Assembly: GCA_965285935.1 (NCBI GenBank)
Contig: OZ260662.1
Coordinates: 63,922,001 to 63,986,000 of the forward strand
DNA length: 64,000 bases
Direction: 5' to 3'
From: Ophelia neglecta
Taxonomy: Eukaryota
This document shows, in pieces, positions 52,524-64,000 of the stretch; within the stretch, counting starts at the first letter, position 1; the number at the start of each line of letters is the position of its first letter. A model generated the notes under the pieces. That model was not told the origin of the DNA. It did no database searches and saw only the letters and a program-made list of their open reading frames with translations. Both the position numbers and the translations under genes were made by a program.

Positions 52524-54843
52524 TCTTCCTGCCTTAATTTTCAACCGACATAATCTCCCCTTGTAATAGGCCTAATATGCTATGCCGATTTCTACTGTAT
52601 ATCAAACATCCAACACCCTATCCCTGTGTCGTCTACCAGATCAATGCTGGCCCTGTTGATTAAGGAAGTAGTTGGCCGCATGCCACTGTCATAACCAAGA
52701 CCACGGGACTTCTTCTGATTTGTCGTTACCCTCTTGAGTATGTTTTGCTTACGGCCATCATGCATTAGTAAAATGTCGTTAGCAAGAGGAATGTCCATGC
52801 AATATATGCATAAGGTATGCCTATAAGTTAAGTAGTCCACTGTATGCCTAAAATACATGTACTTCTCCCTTTTGGTTGACCACCTACAAAGCAGTGCACA
52901 GTTAGTAAACAAGCAATCGTGACAAAAAGGACACACTCGCTACCTTCACTGATAAAATAATATCTTAAAGTCATAAGTCCATACTTTAGACCTCCCTTTA
53001 TGCTTTAGTGCGTTTCAATGTATTTTACACACGGCTGATTTCGAGACGCCATTAACAATAAATGTTTGTTTTTCTGTTATGCCTTACAGACCAGAATAAT
53101 TTTCTTTCAATATTATTTTAAGCATTATACCTTGATGCAATGTTGATAAAATTATAAGAAAAAGTTTTGAATAGACTACATCAAATTAAAACATCGTGGT
53201 ATTAATTTATATTTGCCTCTATAATTTTTTCCCGTTTAACACGGCTTTCAGGTACTGTATAAACTCTTAAGCACATTTTTCCTGCGCAAATACTGGATGT
53301 ATTTTTTGCAGTACCTGTGCATGGCCTAGTGCCAATTTCAGGCGATCGTCCTACACAATCGCACCTGTAATGTTACATGACTAGTTGATGCAGACATTAC
53401 TAAAAAAAAATCAGGAAATAGCCACATTAGCTAGGTTCGATTCGCTAAAACTGACAGGCGCCGTTGCAGGAAATCCTAAATTTCTGATTAACATGGATCA
53501 ATATAGAATTGATTTGCTATATAGGCCAATTAAACACTGCACTGTCAAGGGAAAACGCAGTAAGGGCAAATTTGACATTGTGAAAAAACGCAAAAAGGAT
53601 GTGCATAGGCACCAATTCATTAATACTAGATATGAATTTAATATTTTATACCAGAACACTGCTAATGATGATTGGAATTAATTGCACGAGAAAAACATAT
53701 TTTTTAGAACCGTTTTGCGTTTTACCTTGACAGACCATGCGAACATGAAAACATGTCAAAACAGACGGGGACAAAAGCAGTCAGTGCATAGGAGATTTGT
53801 ATTAGAGCATATCAAACATATGGCTCTTCGATTTAATTAATATATATATTTATGTCCTGAAAGTCCCCCCAAATTGACAGAGCTGAACAGACCTATGCGG
53901 TGATATGTTCTATTGACATGGTTAAGAATCACTGACGGTAGTTGGTATTTATACAGGGAAGTGAATCCTCGGTATGCCGCTGTAAACGAACAGTAACACA
54001 AATTAAACGTATAGAGTTTGCTTACGTCAGAACAAGCAGGTGTGTGAATTCCCCGTCGATACATTTAGGTATTCATTTTTGCTTCCTTAGTCTACAAGCC
54101 CGCCAAAAAGCAGCATCTTGAACTTATCGGAAAATCTAACTTTTTAATTATATTAATTTTGCTGCCGATACTATTGTTGGCCGGTCAATTTTTATTAACT
54201 GTCGGTAACCCGAGTATCCAAGGTAAATATTTCAATGTTCGGAAACACAGGTTATTCTAAAAGATTCGCCTTACAAAATGTATAGTGTTACGCTGTGAGT
54301 AGTCTCTTCCACTTCTTAATTGTGAAACAAGGTTGAACGGTACATCTCTAACTTTGCAAGTATAAATTAAGGCACTGGTAATTATTTATGGCTGGGAAGG
54401 GGGGGGAGGTTCAATTCAGTTATTATCAGGCCAGGTAATAATCATACAAAATGGTATACATTACATAGATAGTACACACTTTTAGTTTGGATTAAAAAAA
54501 TTGTCCCTGTCAAAAGGGGTAGGTAACCATCTGTTGTAAAATAAGCTACAGTTTTTTTTATATGTAAGCCTAGAACATAACCTTTCCTGATATTTTGTGA
54601 TTAGATTCAATTCAAATATTGCGGAACTTGGAGCACCTTTAGCCACCTTTCTTTGGAAGGGTTTGTTCTCAAGTCCCTGAGTTGGAAGGATTCGATTGTA
54701 GTCGTTATTCTTAATATTCATTTGTTCCGATGATGACAAAATTACTTAATGGCTATCAGATGTTGTTATACATTAGTTTATTGAGCGAAATATATTATAA
54801 AATAAGCCCCTGTAGTTCCATATAATGTGACTGTGTGTTACTA

Positions 54844-55019
54844 TAGTGAAACATGCCTTAACGACCACCTCTATGCTGAGATCACCTGTTAAATCAGATC
54901 ACTAATATTAAAACCCTACTGTCCTCTCAGTGTCATATAACATGTCTAAATAGACCACGTCCATAATCAGACCAGTACATTTCAGTCTCTTGGGTGGTCT
55001 CAATTCCCAAGTTTCAGTG
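54844..55019. mobile_element. Old Pogo/Tigger-like MITE related to 19053 and 24365
   Basis: AGTGAAAC...GTTTCAGTG|TA ends with GACCACCT/ATCACCTGT internal repeats. Confidence 0.55.
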
Positions 55020-55079
55020 TATGGGATTTTATTTAGCTCGAAGACCTCGGTCTCCTATTCATTTCTGTGCTTAAATGCA

Positions 55080-55750
55080 TGCAGAAAGTGGAAGACTTCG
55101 CTGCCCTGCTCAAACCAAAATAGAGAGACACATTGCACCAGTGGTGTGTCGGTGATAGAGACTGAATCGGATAGGAAGGCATCAGGATCAATAATGGTAA
55201 TAGCGTATTGAGTGTAATCGATATATATCTCCCGTATTGTAGCATATCAGATCCTACCTTAGTCCTGGATGAGTTGAATGAAATTCTAGAAGCTCAGCGG
55301 GAGATAGGACCCTGTGTTATACTTGGTGATTTTAATGCACATATTGGCCCAGAGGGAGGACCTCGAGGGTGGGGTTACACTTCTAATAAAGGTCATACAG
55401 ACAATCCAGGAGGAAGGCAGAGTTAGAGTACGAGTTACAGGAGCAGACAAAACAAAACAGCGAGAGTCATGAACTTGACCAGCGCTACCTCTGGTACATA
55501 GTTAACAAGAGGAGGAAAGCACCACAGGGACCGCGATAAAATCCTATCCGGACTGACACAGGGGTGGTTGTTTCCACACCCGAAAATCTGTGTGCGGAAT
55601 TTCGTCTTACTTCGAAGATCTTGCAACACCGTGCATAAATCCAACTTATGATGACGATTTTAAATCTCAAGGATAAGGTCAAGTATCGCTAGATTACACT
55701 GCTCACTGTTTTCTGTAAATTCTTCGAAGGGGCCCTATTAGCAATATGCG
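55080..55750 (+). pseudogene. Degenerate LINE ORF2 fragment (endonuclease and linker)
   Basis: IYLP...LDELNEIL...CVILGDFNAHIG, with a downstream DQRYLWYIVNK-like segment. Confidence 0.6.
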
Positions 55751-55832
55751 AGAGCTGGCTTTTAGCTGATGACCGACTGAGTAAGGTGCGGCCATTCCGG
55801 GCTGTTCAAGCCAACACTCATCTCTGCTGTCC

Positions 55833-56000
55833 GCGAAGTTGTGTCATTTAACAACGGATGAGAGATAACCCTGTTCATGCCGCCTTCTAGCAGGAAACAA
55901 AATTTTATTTGGCTTTGCGAAGTTGTGTCATTTAACAACGGATGAGAGATAACCCTGTTCATGCTGCCTTCTAGCAGGAAACAACATTTTATTTGGCTTT
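55833..56000. repeat. 84-bp tandem duplication close to the segmental-duplication junction
   Basis: GCGAAGTTGTGTCATT...ATTTGGCTTT twice (55833, 55917). Confidence 0.9.
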
Positions 56001-56494
56001 AAAGAAATGTGAACATCACCTCGTGCTGAATGTCATGGAGAAGAGTATCCTTGGTAATTTGTCAATAGAATGTCCGTGAATTTACGAAAACGGTGGTATT
56101 TTTAACGAGGCAATGATACAATGACGTGTTACATGACAATGTAACATATCATGTTAAATAATAAATGAAGAATAACAGCTAGGCCTAATAACTGCCTCGT
56201 AATGCCGAATGCGTTATATAACCAGTAGATCTTACCACACAAAATAATATGCATGCATGGCAGTTCCATACTGCTGTTGTTTGTTGGTATATAGTATTGA
56301 CAGTCAGATTAGGCCTGTGATGAAGCGTTGAAGCTTCCTTTAAATAAACATCAGCGATAGATCTACGTGATCCTCATGTCCTCACCTTGTGTGATTCTGC
56401 TTTCACCAACACTGCTGGGGGTGTCAAGTAGTCTTTTTTATTTGCTCGGTGCAATATACATGGCTGAATATCGCTTAATACCGGGCTTTTATCT

Positions 56495-57130
56495 CTTTTC
56501 ATGAGTTTGCATTTGGCGCTAGCAGTAGATCGCTTACGTCACTGCATTTGATACTGTTGTTAGGGAGATTCCGTTCGGATGCCACTCCGCACGTCGCCAA
56601 TTGGCTGGACTGCCGTTATGACGTCTTAGACTAGATTTATCGGGGAATCCCTTCTATTCGTGGACTGGAGAGTTGGGAGTTCGCCATCTCCGCAACACTC
56701 TCAACAGTTGAAATTGAAATGAATAGGGCTTCGGAGTTTTCTCGATGAGTGTATCCGTTCATGTGTCTATGGTAGACTACTCGCCACCGTAAATCGGTAG
56801 ACAGTGCTTTCATCCGGGAATGTACTCGTACTCATAAACCAGTAACTTTTGGTGAAATCCACTCAAATTCATGAATCAGTTGATAGGCCTAGATGTCCCT
56901 CTGTTCAGGACGTGATAATCATTAAACAATCAGCAAACTCTCCAGTCCGTAAAACAGCGGTTGATCAGATGAAGGGATTCCCCGATAAATCTAGTCTAAG
57001 ACGTCATAACGGCAATCCAGCCAATTGGCGACGAGCGGAGTGACATCCGAACGAAATCTCCCTAACAACTGTATCCAATGCAGTGACGTAAGCGTTCTAC
57101 TGCAAGCGGCAAATGCAAACTCATGAAAAG
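56495..57130. mobile_element. Foldback element with ~160-bp inverted arms (56495-56654 / 56971-57130)
   Basis: The arms are reverse complements (CTTTTCATGAGTTTGCATTTG...GGGGAATCCCTTC). Absent from the paralog at ~33149. Confidence 0.88.
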
Positions 57131-60100
57131 CGAAAAATTCGGCAACCCATCTATACGACGTATATTGTAAGTAAATGTATAGCCTTCGTCTGCGTTTGGC
57201 TACCCAGGACTTCACAACTGTATTTCCGGCAGTTGCCATACGCCTGCGCTAGAGCAAGACAGTGTAGCTTCCAAGACCACACACACTGCACGGAATACCG
57301 CTGGAAATCCTGGAATACCCCCTAAAAAATGATCAATTTTGTCGAAACACCCCAAGAATCGGTACTTATAGTCTAATCTAGTATGTTAAGATGGCTTTTG
57401 ATTCGATTGAGGCTTTTCCCTTGGGATATATGTCATCTTTCACCAAATGTCTGTCCTCGGTGTCCGTCTTTTAGGCCTACTTAAATAAACACGATTCCAT
57501 GCAAGTTTCATTTGTTGACGTACATATTAGTAGGCTATGGATGTTTTTTTCACATGACAACGCAAAAATTGGAGCTCTTGTACAAACCATTTGTTCATGA
57601 TAGGAAAATCAAAGATGGGTGTGCCAATTGTTGCCATCTATTCAAATCCCCCTAAAGCTGCTAAATAATCCCAATACAAGGATATTTTTGTACCAACATA
57701 ATAATAAACACATGTTTATACTATACCATTAAGAGTACCCCTTCAAAAACTTCATACTATTTTTTTAATAAACTCGTACAAAAACACAGGACAGAAAGTT
57801 ACATATAAACTTTAGTTTTAATTGATCCACGCGTGGGCCTACTATATTTGATCAAAGTCACTTGCAATTAACAAAATAGCATGTAGGCCTATACTCGACT
57901 TGTTTAATGGAAAGTTTTGATAAAATGGGCTGTTTTATTAGAGGTAAAATATGATATTTGCTCCCTCAATGTGGACGAACAGTGAAATGAAGATATTTAT
58001 CACAGCAACGGGACGGAATACTTTTTCAAAGTGTCTTTTCTTTATTCCTATTGTTAGTATATATAATTAACAAATACCAATGAATACTTTAAAGACCCTT
58101 TAACTTGGCCTAAGAATAAGAAACTTTGCATTGTGATCGTGTGTTGAATTTGTGACAACAGCTGTATTGTTGTTATGGTTAGGAGGACGGAAGGGCTCAA
58201 CAATACGAAAATTTAAGAATAAAATCAATTTCACCAATATGTATATTAACAATCTGCTTCACTCATAAGGGGGTGGGGGGGGGGGGGGGGGAGGAGGGGT
58301 GGTCAGATTTGACTGGTCAGCTTATCTTTGTACTATGGACGTTACCATATAGTAACCACCCTATTATTTCGACAATTCAGTTGTATTATTAAGTGTAAAA
58401 ATGTCTCATTTGCATTAATTGTGCATATTCGTTCCATAATGATAAACAATCCTTTAAACGTTTTCCAGAATTTTAAATTTTTAACATGAAAGAAAGCACG
58501 AATTATACCTTATCTGATTAAAAAAAATGGCAGTCTTTGGTATTTAAAATGAAAATTTAGTCTAAATTTAGAGTTTTGGCCAAAAAAGCTGTTTCCCTGT
58601 CAACAGGCGGATTTTGCCTTATTTGTGGCATTACATATTCATTGAGACTTAAATAACTTTTTATCTCTATATGTTAGAACAGTGCTTAATATCTTATATG
58701 CAAGCCAGAATAATGCGCCAGAATAATTGGGAGAACTTTTTAGCTAAATAACTTAGATAAGTTTGAAATAGCCCAAGCAAAAAGTGATCCTTAATTATCT
58801 CTTGTTTTCTAGAAAAGGACTTAAGGGTACTTGTGACCTAAGAATGTTTATAATTATAGATATAATTTTATGTAATTACAGTTAGGGTGCTGAGGCATCC
58901 TAGGGAGAAACCTGACTAAATATGACTTGAACGTGTTTGCTTGTCAACTAGGGTATCAAAGTTACCAAGTGAAGAGTTCCAAATTTGGTCTTTCAACAAA
59001 TGTTCTCTCTTTCTCAGGAAATATTTACCACTGATTACTGCATCGTGCCTAATAAATCATATCAATTCTTACTAATGCTCGAAACACATAACTAATAATA
59101 ATTAGTGGCATTATTTGTTTACACTGTGTTTTTGCGCACATGTTGGTAGTTTCATTGCATGGGAACATACTACATTCCAAAGAGATATTAGCAATCTTAT
59201 CTACATTTACTTTTAATAAATAGAATCCTATTTAGTAAATACTTTATAGGAACTAAACATCATCTAGTAATTTATTATGGAAGTATCCATGGAGATTCGC
59301 ATAAGTAGAGATTTGATACCTGTCTTACTGTATGAGTACATAAATATGTAAGTAGTAATTTACATCGGGTAACAGTTTTTACTTTGCAAGTTGAGGGACT
59401 GGTCCAGAAAATATTGTTACCTCTATTGCCTGTTGCTCGACTACACCTGTTAAATCGACCCGAGTGGTTGGCTGCAGAGCGCCGGCAGCCGAGGTGGGGT
59501 TATTTCAGAGGAAATGACCAAAATTAGGTCAATCGGAATCGCAAATACTTCACCGTTTGCTTGATATTACTTGTTTCCGAATGACATAAAGGCCATGATT
59601 TCTCTTTCCCATGTGCATAGTACACATATTTTGGTACTAACTCAATGTGATAGCGTTTTCGTTTAGAATATACCTGTTGCTTGGACATTTTTATGTTTGC
59701 AATCAGGACAATATTTGTTTATGCATCTAACTGATATTTGCTAATAGATGATGTTTTCCGATTCAGCCATCCACTCTTTCACCTGCTCCTTCTTTACTGT
59801 TCCTTTATCATTCTCGGTCCTTATACTGCCTAAACACATTGTTTCCATAAGGATCTAAGCCGAGAGTAGTCCAGGCCCTTAGGGACTAAATTGTGCAGAT
59901 TTGTCTATAAGTGCCAAATTTGGCCCAGATGTATAGACCAGAACATACTCTTTTGATTGTTGCAGAGAACCGAGACAAGTGCTCACTTGGGCAGCTATAT
60001 TGGCTACATCCACGATGGCCGCTAACCGGAATGCCAGTATCACCATGCACATATTTGTTGTTTTTAAGCTAAATAAATGTTATCAAATCGTTCCCTGAAT

Positions 60101-60580
60101 CTTATCGCATCAGATAAGTTGGTAACGTTATTTTAACAATTAGAAAAACATTCCATGGTAACATTCTCCCCTCGTTACTTGGTAACGTTATTGTAGGTTA
60201 CAAGTAATTTTCTTCATTTACATTATGTTACATTGTTTACTGAGGTAATGCTGGGTGATTCTGTTGACTCCATTTCAGAACGGAGGATCTTTTCTTTAGT
60301 GGACTTACCAGTGGATGTTTACGCATGATTTAAATTTCTTCCTCATTTCTACAAATCTAGTAAAAGTGATTATTTTAGAGAAATAAGGATTTATTTCACA
60401 TAGAGAATCGCATTTTTAAAAGTTTAAATAAAAATACTTGAGTATTGTTATAAATATTTGTCACGGAAATCATTAAATTCAAAAACATGTTCAGTGTTTT
60501 TCCAGAATCTAAGTTTATCTCATAGATAAATGCACACATACAACACACATAAATTCATTTCGGTAAAAATATAAGCATAT

Positions 60581-63500
60581 TTAAGAACCAGGTGTTTCAA
60601 TAACATTAAAACCATTGGTTTTATGTTGATAATGATATTTCCATGTTGTTGAAGGTGGATAGACGCCTGTGTACCCTCCTGACTGAGAGCGACCAAGTCT
60701 GGGTAATCTACACACCCCAAAAGGACCCTGAGCTTGATTAGCTGAATACATGGGATGTATTTTCAGATGTCGAGGAATCGCTCTTCGTCCGCTTTGGGAA
60801 GAATAATATGAATTTGGACCATGCCTTTGGGTCTCCTGAATACGATAAGGGCTGTTGAAGTTTTCCATCTGGGCCTGGTAATATCGTGAAGGATCATGAT
60901 CACTATTGTAAGTATTGTGTAGCGGAGGTTTGAAAGCACGAGGTGTTTTATAACCAGGATACATCCCATTCGGACTGTAAAGGGGAGGAGAACGATATTG
61001 TCTGCTCCTACCCACGTCCCGAGCGGAATGTTGATACAGAACTTGTTCTGTCCTGGACATACGGTCTTCGTTTTTCTGTGAGTAAAGTTTCATACACTTG
61101 CATTTAAATAGATACATTAAATTTCCTACGTTTCCTAGTGGTCCAATAAACCGGCAAAGAGGGAGAAAGAAAAACGTGGCAAAAAGCCAACTCATTGCCA
61201 TACACGTCATTAAAAAAATACCGAAGTTTCTATAGCCTACAACCCTGCCTCCCATAAGTGCGGCACCCGCAACGAACGTGGTGATAGCCGCCATTAGCAG
61301 CGCGAATCCAACGGTGGAGAGCGAGTCCCTGATCCTTGCTGATCTTGTCGACTCGGCGGATAGCTTGTATGCAATGCCGTAATGTATGGTGAAGTCAATA
61401 GACAGACCTACTGATAGAGTTATGGAAAGTGACTCAAACAGGCCTAACTCCCATCCAACTAAAACAAGTATCCCGATTGTGCTCAATATAGCCAAGCCAA
61501 TAGTGAAGATCGCATAGGCAGTCAGAAATACATTCATTGAAGTGACTAGCAAAACTAGGAAGCCAACACCCAACGACAAGCCGATGCCGATATATGTCCC
61601 GTCTGCGAGAGCATTTTGGAGATCATAAAAGTAAAAATCGCGGCCATTCCACCACCCCTTGTCAAGGCCCCTGGGTGCCATACCAATCTCTCCCATAACA
61701 TAATCATCGAATTCTTTGTAGTGTTTTTCCATTTCGCTATTGATGTCAGACGAACTCCTATTGGACTGGACACGAATGATAAATGCCCTCATCGACGTGC
61801 CCGTCTTGTCAAAAATCGGATATCCTGCTAAGGTCTTATCATAAAAGTAAACCATATTTACTAAATGACCTGTAAAATTGAAAGAAGTGAAGCATAATTT
61901 TGCCATTGTTTCATTCAGAGGAAAGGTTAGTTCGCAGCAGGGGGCTATGGTGGTCAAAATTGTGGGTGAGTACGGATTGGCGGGAACAATACATGATCCT
62001 TGTATCAGGTCTTTAAAGACCTGCATAAAATTGAGATATCTTTCGTTTTTTAATATGAAAGGCTGGCTGAGAAGATTAGTTGTAAAAGTCAACATCCATT
62101 CCTGACCCTCCTGGCCGAAGAGGTTGAAGTCAGGGTCCAATTCGTAATGTCCTTCATCGTCAGGATTTAACACATTGCTGTGGTCGCCTTCCTTAACACC
62201 CCACATTATCACAACTTCCAAATTGATGCGTCTCCGCGTTTCAATATCACGTTCGAAATGGAACTCGGTTGATCTCTCGTTTATGTACATCTCAAACGGA
62301 TGGTCTGGATAGAATAATTTTAAATTGTCAGATTTTGGCAATGTCAGTTTAGGAGTAACAAAGGAAAGCACGATACCCCCAACACCGACCCCAAGAAAAA
62401 GGACAAGCCACAAAGGCCACACTTTTATCACCAAGGCTGGAAAAAAATTGTTCCAAACTTTGTCGGTAAATTGCCGCAGTTTATCAGAGCAAAGATTGCA
62501 CGGCTTACAAGGGTCACCGCAAATTGCTCTTGCTTTTTCCATGATAACCATCACTGCTGGCACCCAGGTAATCATGAAAAAGAAATTGATCATAATGCAT
62601 GTACCAGCAAAGATACTAAAACATTTGAGCACAGTCACAGTGCTGACAAAATTAGCGAACAGTGCAGCTGCAGTTGTCAAACTGGTGACAAATATCGACA
62701 ATGCTCCGTGTTTTAGAGTATTCGACACTGTCCTCTCGATATCTACAACCGCATTTTCTGAATCATGTTGGGCATACTTTGTCCATATACCTCTTATAAT
62801 AAACACGTCATCAGCCGCGACCGCTATTAACAATAAGGCAGCAAGAAGATTCATAAAAGGAAAGAATGCAAATCGAAAAACAATGTAATAGAAAAAGTAA
62901 CTAAGCAAAAGGCTGAATATGACCGTGAAGAGTATAACAGAAGTAAGAACAATAGAACGCATGTAGAGAATTATGACAAACAATACCAGACCCATGGCAA
63001 GAGCAAAGTAGGGAAGATCGCCAACGACGTAATAATTAAATACCTCAAACCCAATGCGAAGTTTCATGGCACGAGACACGACTTTTTCATTGGCTGATGT
63101 GACTACTTTGCCTTCTATGTTGTCCAGAAAGTAATCCTTAAACGTGTCAAAGGGATTGGCCAGACTTGCAGACCATGAATCCCTAAATATGATCTGACTG
63201 TAAGTCAGCGACCCAACTTTGGTATTTCCCTCCTTTAAAAAGTTTTTATCGGCAAGGAAATGTAATATTTTGAACACCACATGGTGCTGTTGGTAGCACT
63301 TGGGCGGCAATCCTTGACACTGGCCAATAAGATAACAAGATGACAGGGACCTGTTGAAATAAAACGGTGAACAGGTAACCAAAAGGTTGTTCATACTGTC
63401 AATGTCTGACTGAGTGATTTGGTCGCAAGTTTTGTTCTGAAGGCCTGCCACGTAGTATGGCACGGAGTGTAGTCTGCAGTCTTCTGTGAAGCTATCAAAA

Positions 63501-63901
63501 TATCCCAAGATATGAATCCTTTCGAAATCACACATCGCTTTGAGCATTTCTACTGTCATCAAACTACTATGGCCGTCGAACGTCTCTAATACAAAGGAGA
63601 AGATATTGTCATCTGGTAAAAAATAAAACAAGGTTGGATGTAATTAATTACTGGTATGGTTTGATATTGAAGATTAATGAAGGCTTCGATTTATTAGAAC
63701 CGATAACATGTTGGATCCTAAAAACCCACCATCAATATATTCGGCAAGACAATCCAAGTGTAGATCTGAGCCGGGAGATCGCTTCCGCCTGGACGAGCTG
63801 ACAGTTGGCTGGTTAGTCAGTTTACCATTAGATATGTCTTCTTGAACGAGGCCAGCTGCTGCCAAGCGTCCCTGGATTGTCGTGCCTTTAGTGGCAAAAC
63901 C
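60581..63901 (-). CDS. DISP: Dispatched-like protein C (5'-partial; exons 63730-63901 and 60581-63612), recent paralog of B
   Basis: Open ~1010-codon exon highly similar to B, same splice sites, VAADDVF and GLSIDFTIHYG. Upstream exons lie beyond the window. Confidence 0.9.
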
Positions 63902-64000
63902 CTAAAATATAGTAATATTTCATATTAAAAAATGAAAATGCTCACCGATATGCAACAAGCCAATTCCTGCATGGCTAATTAAGGCATTACAACGAATAAT

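Larger units (their letters stand above)
56096..63928. repeat. Segmental duplication copy B
   Basis: See copy A; homology on the low-coordinate side stops abruptly near 56096/31694. Confidence 0.9.

Overview
AT-rich animal genomic DNA, most likely a marine invertebrate (the SINE, MITE and CR1-group repertoire looks lophotrochozoan; organism not determined). All protein genes are on the minus strand. (1) A complete 12-coding-exon SLC12A9 (cation-chloride cotransporter family) gene at 2027-12943, with a U12-type intron. A second, strongly diverged copy of its first coding exon sits 7.6 kb upstream (20283-20526) and could swap the N-terminus and TM1. (2) A tandem array of three intact Dispatched-like RND/sterol-sensing genes (26590-30885, 43355-52523, 60581->63901); the last two come from a recent segmental duplication. 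(3) Many transposon relics: a rearranged CR1-group LINE, a tRNA-derived SINE, several MITEs, a nested element with long terminal direct repeats, and a 27-bp micro-element. Aligning the two duplicated segments by eye shows repeated 5-6 bp insertions at TA sites (TA to TAGGCCTA, TAGGCTA or TAACGTTA). TAGGCCTA is strongly enriched and confined to CpG-retaining regions, which suggests a very active insertion/excision footprinting process. Exon structures and coordinates were read manually from splice signals and reading frame; no database searches were run.
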